Assembly (NCBI GenBank): GCA_048128005.1
Contig: JBEUKZ010000085.1
Coordinates: forward strand, 62,001 to 126,000
Direction of reading: 5' to 3'
Source: Veleropilina oligotropha
Lineage: Eukaryota
Length of the DNA stretch: 64,000 nucleotides
The notes below the pieces were generated by a model. The model saw only the letters and a list, made by a program, of their open reading frames with translations, was not told the origin of the DNA and searched no databases. The position numbers and the translations under genes were made by a program. This document shows, piece after piece, positions 12,798 through 24,253 of this stretch (positions within the stretch are counted from its first letter, which is position 1; each line of letters starts with the position of its first letter).

Positions 12798-14892
12798 CTC
12801 ATTGTGTACAAACGTCATTTTGTGACGTCGCCCCTAGTGACGTCTTTATAGGCTGCTCCCCAGAGCTTGTGTAAGATGACGTCAATTATTGACTTTGTGC
12901 ATATAATTCATATCAACTTGGATTAAGTTACATTGTATGAATAAAGCTATGTATCATTTCTGTGTTGTACAAGCTGAATAAAGACTACTTTATTTATGTT
13001 TAGTTACTGTTTTCATGTTTCAATAAAGTTTATTATTTGGAATGGACTAATATCAGTGCATACTAACTGTTACTAGTTGTAAGTGCAAATAAAATATGCA
13101 ATACGTTGTTATTATGGTTGTACGATGTTTACAACAATTTTTTATTGACAATATATATTTATCTTGTATTTTCATGATTTTAAAAAGAATATTTAATTTA
13201 GAAGAATAGTGAAGTTGAAAATTTAACATGATATTCATATAATACTATTGCGAATGCAAATAGTAAATACAGCCATTGGCTCGAAGTTAACATCACGCGT
13301 GTTTGCCGTTTTAAAATATCCCAAAAGTTTGACACAATCACATTGTAGAAAAAGTGTGTTAATAAATAAATAAATTATTTTCATATCGTTTTCAATATCT
13401 ACAAATGTCAATAACATACAGCGATAGTTACATATACATGTACTAAATTTTAGTAAAATAAACATGAAAACACCTCACCGGTCCATTTTATTCCAACTTC
13501 CAAAACTTGTCCATTCTGAATAGGGCGACGGCGAATTCCCGATTTATAAACGCACGTATTTTCGTCGGGATAACTATTATATTGTTGACATAATTACTGA
13601 GAAAGTTAAAATAGCATTTAAAATAATCAATTGTTCAAAAATATGTCGAAAAGAACCGCTATCGTCAAATATAAAGCCAGCACCTTTAAACAGATCAGCA
13701 TGACCCAGAAAACACGATTCGATGCAGTAAAAATGGCTGCATTAGTTGTCTCCAAAACAAGGGAATCCTGATTTGACCCCAATGATTTCTGATGCTGTAC
13801 GCTCGAAAATTGTTGTTTCGGATTTAAAGTAATGTTTAAGTATACATATTAATATTTGCTATGATATTTTTAATATAAATAATAATGTATATGATGTAAC
13901 ATCGATGTCTTCGAATCCACAATAAATGAACGACCCCCGTATCCGGGATCGCGGCATGACAAGCCAATTTATAATATGCTTAAAAGCTTAATCCTTATGC
14001 TAGAAATACAATTTATATATTATTCGAACAATATTTAAGCAAAACTTGGAATGCATGGACTTGTAAAAACGATGCATAAAAAATACATCGCCATTTCACC
14101 CTAGGCCTAAAGCAAAAGTAATACGGCGAATGTACTCACTTGGGTACATTCGCCGTATTGCTTTCGCCATATTACAGGGAAACTAAAATTAATACCGATA
14201 CATTAATTTCGTTTTTATTTATGGTAATGGATCAATATTTTTGTTAAAGTATTCCATAATTCATTTTATTCAACAAAATGGATTTGTCATGATATAATAA
14301 CTGCTTAACTTTCCTGGCGCAATTTTATTGCCGCAAACTTAGACTACATTTTATATACGTTTTGTCATAGCTTGGGTTGCATCTCACCTCACACGGTATG
14401 GTATATGTTTAAACACATCACCAAACTAATTAATATCAGCTATCATTCATCTTAAATCAACATTTTCTAGATATAATATTACACTGTGACATCTGGCTGT
14501 TTTAGTCTGACAAGTGTTCATCGATCCTGCATTCTAAGTTGTAAACAAAAGCGCGTCATGGTGTGATGTCACTGTCTGGCCAGTCACTGCCAGGTGTTAA
14601 ATTTGACCCAGTTTCGCGGGTTTGCATATGCTTAAATTATACTAGCCAATGAAAACAAAAACAAATTGACAAACAAGACTTAAAAGACATCGTTTTATTG
14701 GTCAACTGATAACACTTTTGCATGGAGAGCTACATACTGTCGCAAATCAGCGACTTTGTAACACGCGACGTCGGGCCCGCCTTTTGACGGGCTTGGGGAT
14801 TATAGAGGGTGAATTTAGCACGTCTGTAGGCATGATTGTGGACTCGGAGCACATAAATACAACGTCAAAAGGCGGGCTTGGTACGTAATGAG
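12798..14892. mobile_element. Non-autonomous TIR transposon nested in the HINE satellite
   Basis: Imperfect TIR ctcattgtgtacaaa / ttggtacgtaatgag with TTA duplication. Removing it restores the satellite monomer (ggtttaagatcaac). Superfamily unassigned. Confidence 0.65.
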
Positions 14893-14895
14893 TTA

Positions 14896-16570
14896 AGATC
14901 AACCGCAAAAATAATAGGTGACTTTCTTGTATATAAATTGTGCTCCATAGGTTATGTCCAAAAACCCAATAAAACATGGAAATAATTGAAACATTCGTTC
15001 AATATTTGAACTCATGATAGATCAAACTTAAATCTGTTAGTATACAAAATCTGAAGGAAGTGGTTTGAGATCAACAGCAAAAATAATAGGTGAATTTCTT
15101 GTATATAAATTGTGCTCCATATGCTACGTACAAAAACCCAATAAAACATGGAAATAATTTAAAACATTCGTTCAATATTTGAACTCATGATAGATCAAAC
15201 TTATATCTGTTAGTATACAAAAGCTGAAGGAAGTGGTTTGAGATCAACAGCAAAAATAATAGGTGACTTTCTTGGAAATAAATTGTGCTCCATAGGCTAT
15301 GTCCAAAAACCCAATAAAACATGGAAATAATTAAAAAATTCGTTCAATATTTGAACTCGTGATAGATCAAACTTAAATCTGTTAGTATACAAAATCTGAA
15401 GGAAGTGGTTTGAGATCAACAGCAAAAATAATAGGTGAATTTCTTGTATATAAATTGTGCTCCATATGCTACGTACAAAAACCCAATAAAACATGGAAAT
15501 AATTTAAAACATTCGTTCAATATTTGAACTCATGATAGATCAAACTTATATCTGTTAGTATACAAAAGCTGAAGGAAGTGGTTTGAGATCAACAGCAAAA
15601 ATAATAGGTGACTTTCTTGGAAATAAATTGTGCTCCATAGGCTATGTCCAAAAACCCAATAAAACATGGAAATAATTAAAAAATTCGTTCAATATTTGAA
15701 CTCGTGATAGATCAAACTTAAATCTGTTAGTATACAAAATCTGAAGGAAGTGGTTTGAGATCAACAGCAAAAATAATAGGTGAATTTCTTGTATATAAAT
15801 TGTGCTCCATATGCTACGTACAAAAACCCAATAAAACATGGAAATAATTTAAAACATTCGTTCAATATTTGAACTCATGATAGATCAAACTTATATCTGT
15901 TAGTATACAAAAGCTGAAGGAAGTGGTTTGAGATAAACAGCAAATATAATAGGTGACTTTCTTGTATATAAATTGTGCTCCATAGGCTATGTCCAAAAAC
16001 CCAATAAAACATGGAAATAATTAAAACATTCGTTCAATATTTGAACTCATGATAGATCAAATTTATATCTGTTAGTATACAAAAGCTGAAGGAAGTGGTT
16101 TGAGATAAACAGCAAATATAATAGGTGACTTTCTTGTATATAAATTGTGCTCAATAGGTTATGTCCAAAAACCCAATAAAACATGGAAATAATTACAACA
16201 TTCGTTCAATATTAGAACTCATGATAGATCAAACTTATATCTGTTAGTATACAAAAGCTGAAGGAAGTGGTTTGAGATCAACAGCAAAAATAATAGGTGA
16301 CTTTCTTGGAAATAAATTGTGCTCCATAGGCTATGTCCAAAACCCCAATAAAACATGAAATAAATAAAATTTTCATTCAATATTTGAACTCATTATAGTT
16401 CAAACTTATATCTGTTAGTGTAAGAAAGTTGACAGCGGTGGTTACTTGTTATCAGCAAAACTAATAGGTGACTTTCTTATATGTAATTTATACTTCAGAG
16501 ACCAAAACATTGAAAAAATTAAAATATTCAATCAATATTCAAACTCATGATAGTTTAATCGTATATCTGT
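14896..16570. repeat. Satellite array of 172/173-bp monomers with a 345-bp dimeric higher-order repeat
   Basis: Alternating variants (catatgctacgtaca versus cataggctatgtcca); identical ORF-track translations at 15297 and 15642. Confidence 0.9.
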
Positions 16571-16812
16571 TAATATGTCAAGTTTGGGGGAAGTGGCCTC
16601 TCAGTGACATGGATAAAGATCCATGAGATCTAATGTGTCACGGACGGACGGACGGACATACCAAAAGCATGATGCCCCCTAGACCGATTAAAGTCGGACG
16701 GGGGCATAAAAATCTTATAGGAAACATGATCATATATATTATACCATATATATATTAAACCATACTTATTTATAACAACAAAATTCAAAGATTAAAAAAT
16801 ATCAAACACTAC

Positions 16813-16872
16813 CTTTTCTCCAGCTTCCGGGTTTTTGTCAGGGTGAAATTCTTTTGCTAGTTTATGATAAGC
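16813..16872 (-). CDS. DNAJA2: DNAJA2-like exon 2
   Basis: AYHKLAKEFHPDKNPEAGEK containing the J-domain HPD motif; cag acceptor and gt donor, phase 0/0. Confidence 0.93.
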
Positions 16873-17496
16873 CTGAAAATAAAAGTAAAGTAAATTATCA
16901 CTATTCGCTTTTTTCATATTTGAATACTACTTACTTACTATTACTACACTTGTTCTTTTGGCTGTCAAGTAACGCCATATATAAATTTTAAAAAATTAAC
17001 GTATTTTACCAAAGTATATTGTTTGGTAGTCTAATTGGCATTTATTGCCATTCAAAATTATTTTTATTGCTGATCAAAAATAATTCATGGGGTATAAAAT
17101 AAGATGGCAAATGTCTACATGGAAAATGGGTTGCTCTAATAAAAGCATAGCAAAATTAAATGTATGTAGCATCAGTATTACCTCCCTTCACAAGCTACAC
17201 AGGCACAGAGATGGTGTGGGATACAAGTAACAATCATTATTATATAAAATGTTTCATGTTTACAGTACGATTAATATTTAAGTGCTCTTAATTAATGGTG
17301 ATGTTGCAGAATTTAAATGTTAGAAAATCAACAGTATCCTGCAAACTGGGTCGTATACGATACACCCAACCTCGTGCTGCTCCGTTGAATGCACACACCG
17401 GTTATTAATTTTAAATGTAATATATTATTATTGCATATACTTATGCATTCACATAGAGTCACCAATAATTATAACCAACAAACAGTGAAAAGTTGA

Positions 17497-19356
17497 AACT
17501 AGATGTTGTTATTGTCCACAATAACAGGATTGTCTCCCCAGCTTGAAATTCTATTTTTAGCAACAGGTCATGTGACCTTTGACCTCAAATGCAATTCCAA
17601 GCATCCTTTCTTCATATGCCACCTGTCTGCTAAATATGAAATGGTAGTTACTGTCTGGATAACAAATCACAATGAAATTTGTGAAAAATTCTATTTTTAG
17701 CAACAGGTCATGTAACCTTTGACCGATTGACCCAAGCATCCTTTCCTCATAGACAATCTGTCTTCTAAATATGAGGAAGATTGCTAAATATGAACGGTAG
17801 TTAGCAACTGGAAAGCAAATCGCAATCAAAATTCTATTTTAGCAACAGGTCACGTGACCTTTACGATTGACCTCAAATGCAATCCCAAGGATCCTATCCG
17901 ATAGGCAACCTGTCTTCTAAATATGAAACGATAGTTACTGTCTGGATAACAAATCACAATGAAATTTGTGAAAAATTCTATTTTTTAGCAACAGGTCATG
18001 TGACCTTGACCGACTGACTGCAATCCCAAGCATCCTTTCCTCATAGACAACCTGCCTGGTAAATTTATACGAGCATGTTCATGTGACCTTTGAACGATTG
18101 TCCTCAAATGCAATCCCAAATATGCTCTCCTCATGAGCGAGCTGTGTGCCAAATATGGGCATGAGCACCCAACATCGGCACGTCGATTTACCCCAATCGA
18201 CCCCAATCGAACCCCAATCGACCCCCTGTCAACTATAATATACATCCATAATGTGCACATTATGATTTATTTAATTATATTAGGCCCAATTGCAATTGCG
18301 TACATCGTTTTTTAGTTCGCGGAAGTCGGGATCACAAATATTGAATTCGCGAAACGGTTCTAATTACGCGAACTAAATCCAGCTGGTAGCATGCAAATAT
18401 GATAAACAATACAAATATATAATGAATTATGTTATCTTTATTTAGTAATAATTATTTTTATTGCGCTAAATAGTGTCCTTGTCGGTTCCGTTGTGTGCGC
18501 AAATCGCGAAAGGATAATCGTTGTAAACTTCAAACCATATTTCATAGTTCATTACTTTATTTCTCTGAGAAGTATCAATATATCTACTTTTAAACTATCA
18601 ACAAAGTTTAGTTCAAGCAAGTTGCTTAATGTTATGCGATTGTTTTGACTGGAGTTCGACCGTTGGAGATGTGCCAACCTCTGATCTCGAAACCGAGCCT
18701 TATATGGCGTATGCCGACGAGCACAAAGTATGAGGAAGCAGAAAGTGAACCTTTGATCTCGAAACCGAGCCTTATATGGCGTCTTGCCTAAATTATAGTA
18801 ATACAAATGAATGCCCGATCAGGGCTTGAAGCCGCGTCATGGGCAAATATATAAGACATGGAGGTTTTAGTAGTTTTCTACACAACAGTCTAAATACGCT
18901 TAATTAGAGCCGTTTAGTTGAATTCAACATTTGGCTCCCGACTTCGACGGACTCAAAAACGAAGTACGCAATTGCAATTAAGCCTAAAATGTTAATATAA
19001 TTCATATTATTTACATTATCGATGTATATTATAGTTGATATAGGTACGTTGCTGCATACTTGAGGTCGATTGGGGTTAGATTGGGGTCGATTGGGGTTCG
19101 ATTGGGGTCGATTGGGGTAAATCGACGCACCCCCCAACATGAAGAGTAGTTATCGTCCGGAAACCAAATTGGAGCCAAAATTCTATTTTTAGTCACAGAT
19201 CACATGATCTTTGGCGTACCGACCTGAAAATCAATCCCTCATAAGCAACCTGTGTACCAAATATGAGCTTAATCGCTGAAAGGGAACGGTAGTTATCGTC
19301 CGGAAACCCAAGTGTGACAGACAGACGGACGGACCACAGTGTAGGGGAGACATAAT
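17497..19356 (-). mobile_element. Second HINE-like element with about 120-bp internal repeats
   Basis: subTIR tgtctcccc / ggggagaca, (GACA/GGAC)n near one end, hairpin and actag at the other. Confidence 0.65.
18176..19132. mobile_element. Long-TIR non-autonomous DNA transposon with 8-bp TSD
   Basis: TSD cccaacat (18168-18175, 19133-19140); TIRs of about 180 bp with ccccaatcga subrepeats. Confidence 0.8.
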
Positions 19357-22300
19357 TACCACAAGGTTAAGTTTTTGGAAGACTCGCACACAAACACCAA
19401 CACAGGGGTATCACATAAGCTGTTCCCCCACTTTGCGCAGGTGAGATAAAAAGTACACTGAATACCATACCAACCTAGCAGCATATTTAAGGATGATGAT
19501 GGCCAAACAAACCAGTTATTGTATTAAAACATGTCAAAAAACAAAATCCTTCTGCAAATGTATGTAAACTACATAGCAAGTCAGCACATACGAGGGGATT
19601 CCCAGGAAGGAATCACAAAATTGAACAGCCAAGAACACCGAAAGTTCATCTTCGATACACACGAAAATGCCCAATTTAAAGTGCTGCAAATGTCTTCAAA
19701 ATGGCACTGGTATTTTCTGGTATTGACAGTCATACGAAGCTCACTCGTTATAAATATGCTTATGCTATAATGAAAAGATAAAAATGATATTCCAGGATAT
19801 TCCATGACATTATCGGCAAGTTCCATTCTTTTCAAGACATTCCAGGACTGGGCAACAATAAAATTCCAGGACTTTCCAGGTAATGTGAGAACCCTGTAGT
19901 TCACACAATAATCTTCTTCACCCTTGAACTAGAGTGAACACACAATCACATTTTCAAAGTTTATATTTGGTTTGGATAGGCTATTATTTTTTGGCATCTA
20001 AACAGAGTAGTAGTGACAGCCTCAGTACTAATCAATAAACATTTAAGATCATTAGTGCCCATAGTACAGTAGTATTAGTCAGAAACCGATATAAACAAAA
20101 CTCGGACAAGGACGACCTTGACATGACCCGGTATATATAGATCGCGGGAGTGATTTAGGGCGGAGCTAAGATTCCGCCAAGCCGTCGTTCATTTCCGTAT
20201 AAATCTCACGTACAATCGGCTCGAATTATGAGATCGATCTCATAATTCAATAAAAAAAGTTCAAATATTTATTACTAGGTGAAAAAAAATTTTGCCGTGT
20301 GTGGTAATCTCGGAAAGGTCCTAACTATATGCAATAATTCAATGCAGAAAGTGTAAGAGAGAACAGCATTTAAATACGTTTTAGCGATCTGAAGTAGATC
20401 CTGCATCTTTAAGATCATTAGTGCCCATGTACAGTAGTATTAGTCAGGAAGTGTCTGGTCATCTTTGCGACAGTCAATACAAAATATAGATGGGAAGTTA
20501 CACTCAAGACGGATGAAGAGATTATCAAGTTACTATTTCTTTAAAACATTATTCATGTACCCATAAATAATAACAAATTGCCTTTTTATTCACTTAACTT
20601 CAGATTATATCTTGAAGTCGCATTTCTGACAAAGCATCCCACGTGTTCATCAATTCTGTTTACTTCCTGTGTCAAAGGTGCTTTGTGGTAGACATAAACT
20701 GAGTTTTTATAAACACTATTTTATATATAAATAATTTATATTGTCTATAAATAAACGCTGAACTGAACAAGAGTCATCAGATGACGTATCCCCTCGGTTG
20801 AGCGTTAATTTTAACGCTACATCCCTGCTTTTAAGTGTAAGCAAGAAGGCAGAGCCGCAATGGTTAATTCCAAAGGAAGCAAAAATGAATTTACAAGGGC
20901 AATAACTCTGTTATGAATCGCCACACAACGTCAAAATTAGCAAAAGGCACCAGTTCACAGACTACTGAATGAACCCACCAAATTTCATAAAGATATGCCA
21001 ATCGGTTTATGAGATATGCTCCGGAAAAGAGAACATTAAACAAATTTAGAACAAGGGCAATAACTCTGTTATTAATCGCCGCACAGCATTGCAATTAGCA
21101 AAATGCACCAGTTCACTAACTACTTAATACATCCAGCAAGTTTCGTAAAGTTATGTTGAGCGGTGTATGAGATACGGTACAGAAAAGATAACATTAGCGA
21201 ATTTACAAAAAGGGCAGTAGCTCTGTTAATAATCGCCAATCAGTCTAAAGTGGCAAAAGGCACCAGTTCACCGTAAAGTTATGTTGAGCGGAGTATGAGA
21301 TACGGTCCGGAAAAGATAACATTTAACAAGCCTTAAAATTTGAGAGGAACGATCGTTTTGTTCCTCTGGCGGTTATGCAAATCGAAACAATAGAGGAACG
21401 GAAGATCGTTCATGCAAAATGCTATCTCGTTTACCTTGTAAACTTCAAAAAATATATTTCATTAGGCCTAATAATCTATGTAATCTGATTTATGACATAT
21501 TACTTCTTTAAAAAGCTATCCACGTATTAAAAAAAATATTAAATTGACTTTTTATTCACTTAACTTCATCATAATGTGTACAAGTCGCTTGTGTTCCACG
21601 TGTGCCGCCATTGTTGTTGATTCCTACATGAAGTGGATGCCTTCGTTTAAACAACTGAGTTCGAAACTGAGTTCTGTAAATACTATTTATATATTGTCTA
21701 TAAAAACGCTGAACTGAAAAACTGTTTAAGTTGGATGTTTTCTGAAAATTTGACTAAAGTGGAATGGCTTTTCAAATTAATTTGTTCTAAAATGGCTGTT
21801 AAGAAATGAAAATAATTTTAAGGAGAGTATCTATTAATTATTAATAAAGTTTTACTTTTGCTTGCTTTTATATGACAGCAAAGCTATTAATAATAAAACA
21901 TAGTTAACATAACCTGATAGTCATGAAGTGATAGAAATAACTTTTAAAATTTTAATTTTACCATTCATGGACAATTGAAACTTTATTATTATAAATATTG
22001 AATGACTACCTAAAATTGACTCGGGTGGCAATTATTTCACACCACACCTTTTGATATAGATAATGCATATTTCACGGTGTATATTCTATAGTTGGCATCT
22101 AGGATGATCAAGAAATGAGGTTTCTATTTAAACCTAATATTAGTTAAAACATACTTACGTCCTTACTCTTGCCATAATAGTCATATTATCGCCAACCGGA
22201 AACAGTGAATAAAGTCACATTTAGGCACTTATTAAGTCAAAACGTACCACGATCACCTCCCCTGCTCCCCCTCTCCTAAGTTCCCCCAGCGAGATCTCGC

Positions 22301-23293
22301 CAAGTCTCGCGAGACTTCCGAACCATCGAAGTCACAAGACCTCAATTCAAAGTTCAGAACCCCAAAGGAACTTAGTAGAGGGGAGGAATGCGAAACGCAG
22401 GGTGGGTAATCGTGGTAAGGACGTAAGTATGTTTTAACTAATATTAGGTTTAAATAGAAACCTCATATGTAGTTACAAACTTACTTACGTCCTTACTCTT
22501 GCCAGAATAACCTTGGATAGGTGGGTAAGAAGTTCCTTACAAACAACCCAAACAAGATAATGACTTACTTTTCACCATTTCAATCAGCTCGAAGCGTCGA
22601 TTGTGTCCGCCCAGAGTGGAATTTACTGAGAATTATATTCAACTCTTACCAAGCGAGAATTTCGACCAGTGTTACCGGGAGAATACGCCGTGGTGTTAGT
22701 CGGACGAGGTGAACGGAAGTGCAATCAGCCCCAGGCACGGCCGGAAGGATGAATCCCTGTAGGTCTTACGTGTCATGGGCCAGTGGCAGCCAAATGGTAC
22801 TCCTGGCCAAAGGCCGGTAGCCAGAGGATGCAGTCGGATTTGTAAGCACACGGAACCTAATAGGTTGTGAAAGCGTGAAATCAAAGCAAAGAATTAATAG
22901 ATTAAGTAAATAATCGATATTAATAATTGATTCGCATGACCAACTTGCGAAACGCTAACATGTAAGACATGTTACTTAAAATAAATTTAAAGGAAGCAAA
23001 TATTAAAAATTTTCAATGTCTTGAACATCGTATGTTCTATACAGCATAGAACATCAATAATATTGAACCTCAAATCTTATAAGATTTTCGCAATATTTTT
23101 GTTTATTAAATTCAATGCAATCTGGCTTGTCAATATACTCAGGTATGACATGAAGTACAAAATCTTAAAATGTTTTTAAGAAATGAACAGACATTGAATC
23201 GCCACATATGTGTCTATTTCATAGAACAGCTAGGCCAACAAATAACAATGCGTCAGCATGAAATATGTAAATTGATCAATCAAGAAATCATAC

Positions 23294-24253
23294 TCACTGA
23301 TTAGACGACCTCGGTCTAACAATACAACGTTGAGCCGCCACGCACTGTAGGGTGCTCAAACCGTCAGCCCCGGTTGAATAGTCCCGCAGATAATGCTTAA
23401 CTAAGACATTTGCATTCTTCCAGTAACCTGCTTGAAGCAACGCTGTGATATTTAAACTATGTCGGAAGGCAATTGAAGCCGCAATTGCACGGACCTCGTG
23501 CGCGCGCACGGATAAAATAGTGCGGTCTACTTCTTCACAGCGAGAGTATACGTCTCTCACCACCTGTGAAATCCACCGCGAAACAGTCGTCTTTGTAATG
23601 TCGTGGGTGAATGAAGGCAAATATGAAATGAATAAACGCAATTTTCCTTGCCGCAGATCACGGGTCCTGTCAAGGTAGAAGCGCAGGGCCCGCACGGGGC
23701 AATTTAACCGGTCCTCATCATGCCTTCCGACCAGCGTAAGCTTAGGGATAATAATATCAGGTGCGTCCTCGTTCGGCCGTTGGTTCTTGGCGAGGAAGCC
23801 CAGAATAGGACGCAGCATCACCGACCCGTCTGACTGGAATCGAATATCTCGTAGCTCGGCGGATAAGCTATGAATCTCGGAACAACGCCTGCCCGACGCT
23901 AAGGCGATCAGAAAAACCGTTTTGTGCGTTAAGTTCCTCATAGACACCGTGGACATCGACTCGTACGGAGGAAAGTGTAGAGCATTTAGAATGAGAACAA
24001 TATTCCAGGCAGGTGGCCGTATGGTTCGGGTCGGCATTTCGAGCTCGTAGGATCGTATAAAATCCGATATCGTTCGGTCGCTAGATAGGCCAACATGGGC
24101 ACGACACTGTTTTAACGTGGTCGCGATCGTTGCCCGATAGCCTTTAACGGCGGACACTGACATACTGCGGTCAAAGAGCGACGATAAAAACTCGATAAAC
24201 TTGTTCACAGGGGGGCGGCGAATATTAACCTGCCGGCTGTGACACCAATCCAC
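23294..24253 (-). CDS. DIRS copy 1 tyrosine recombinase (C-terminal open part)
   Basis: Catalytic motifs SGRRCSEI, HEVR, GYW, KHY. Confidence 0.88.
   Translation of the reverse strand: MDWCHSRQVNIRRPPVNKFIEFLSSLFDRSMSVSAVKGYRATIATTLKQCRAHVGLSSDRTISDFIRSYELEMPTRTIRPPAWNIVLILNALHFPPYESMSTVSMRNLTHKTVFLIALASGRRCSEIHSLSAELRDIRFQSDGSVMLRPILGFLAKNQRPNEDAPDIIIPKLTLVGRHDEDRLNCPVRALRFYLDRTRDLRQGKLRLFISYLPSFTHDITKTTVSRWISQVVRDVYSRCEEVDRTILSVRAHEVRAIAASIAFRHSLNITALLQAGYWKNANVLVKHYLRDYSTGADGLSTLQCVAAQRCIVRPRSSNQ

Larger units (their letters stand above)
12417..16712 (-). mobile_element. Helentron-associated non-autonomous element (HINE/DINE-1-like) carrying a 172-173 bp tandem array
   Basis: On the minus strand: 5' subTIR tatgccccc with a nearby inverted copy, (GTCC)n, internal satellite, 3' subTIR gggggcatt, hairpin catgttcctgggaacat, then ctagtt. 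Confidence 0.75.

Noticed and set aside
22780..22840. Group I intron-like words (gcagccaa, aggatgcagtcgg resembling Q and S elements)
   Set aside because: No conserved R/P7 partner (ggtact versus gggact between copies) and no P element found; the resemblance is too weak.
22521..22884. Small ORFs in the conserved DIRS 3' module
   Set aside because: They have non-AUG starts and are broken by frame-shifting indels in copy 3, so the conservation is not protein-coding.
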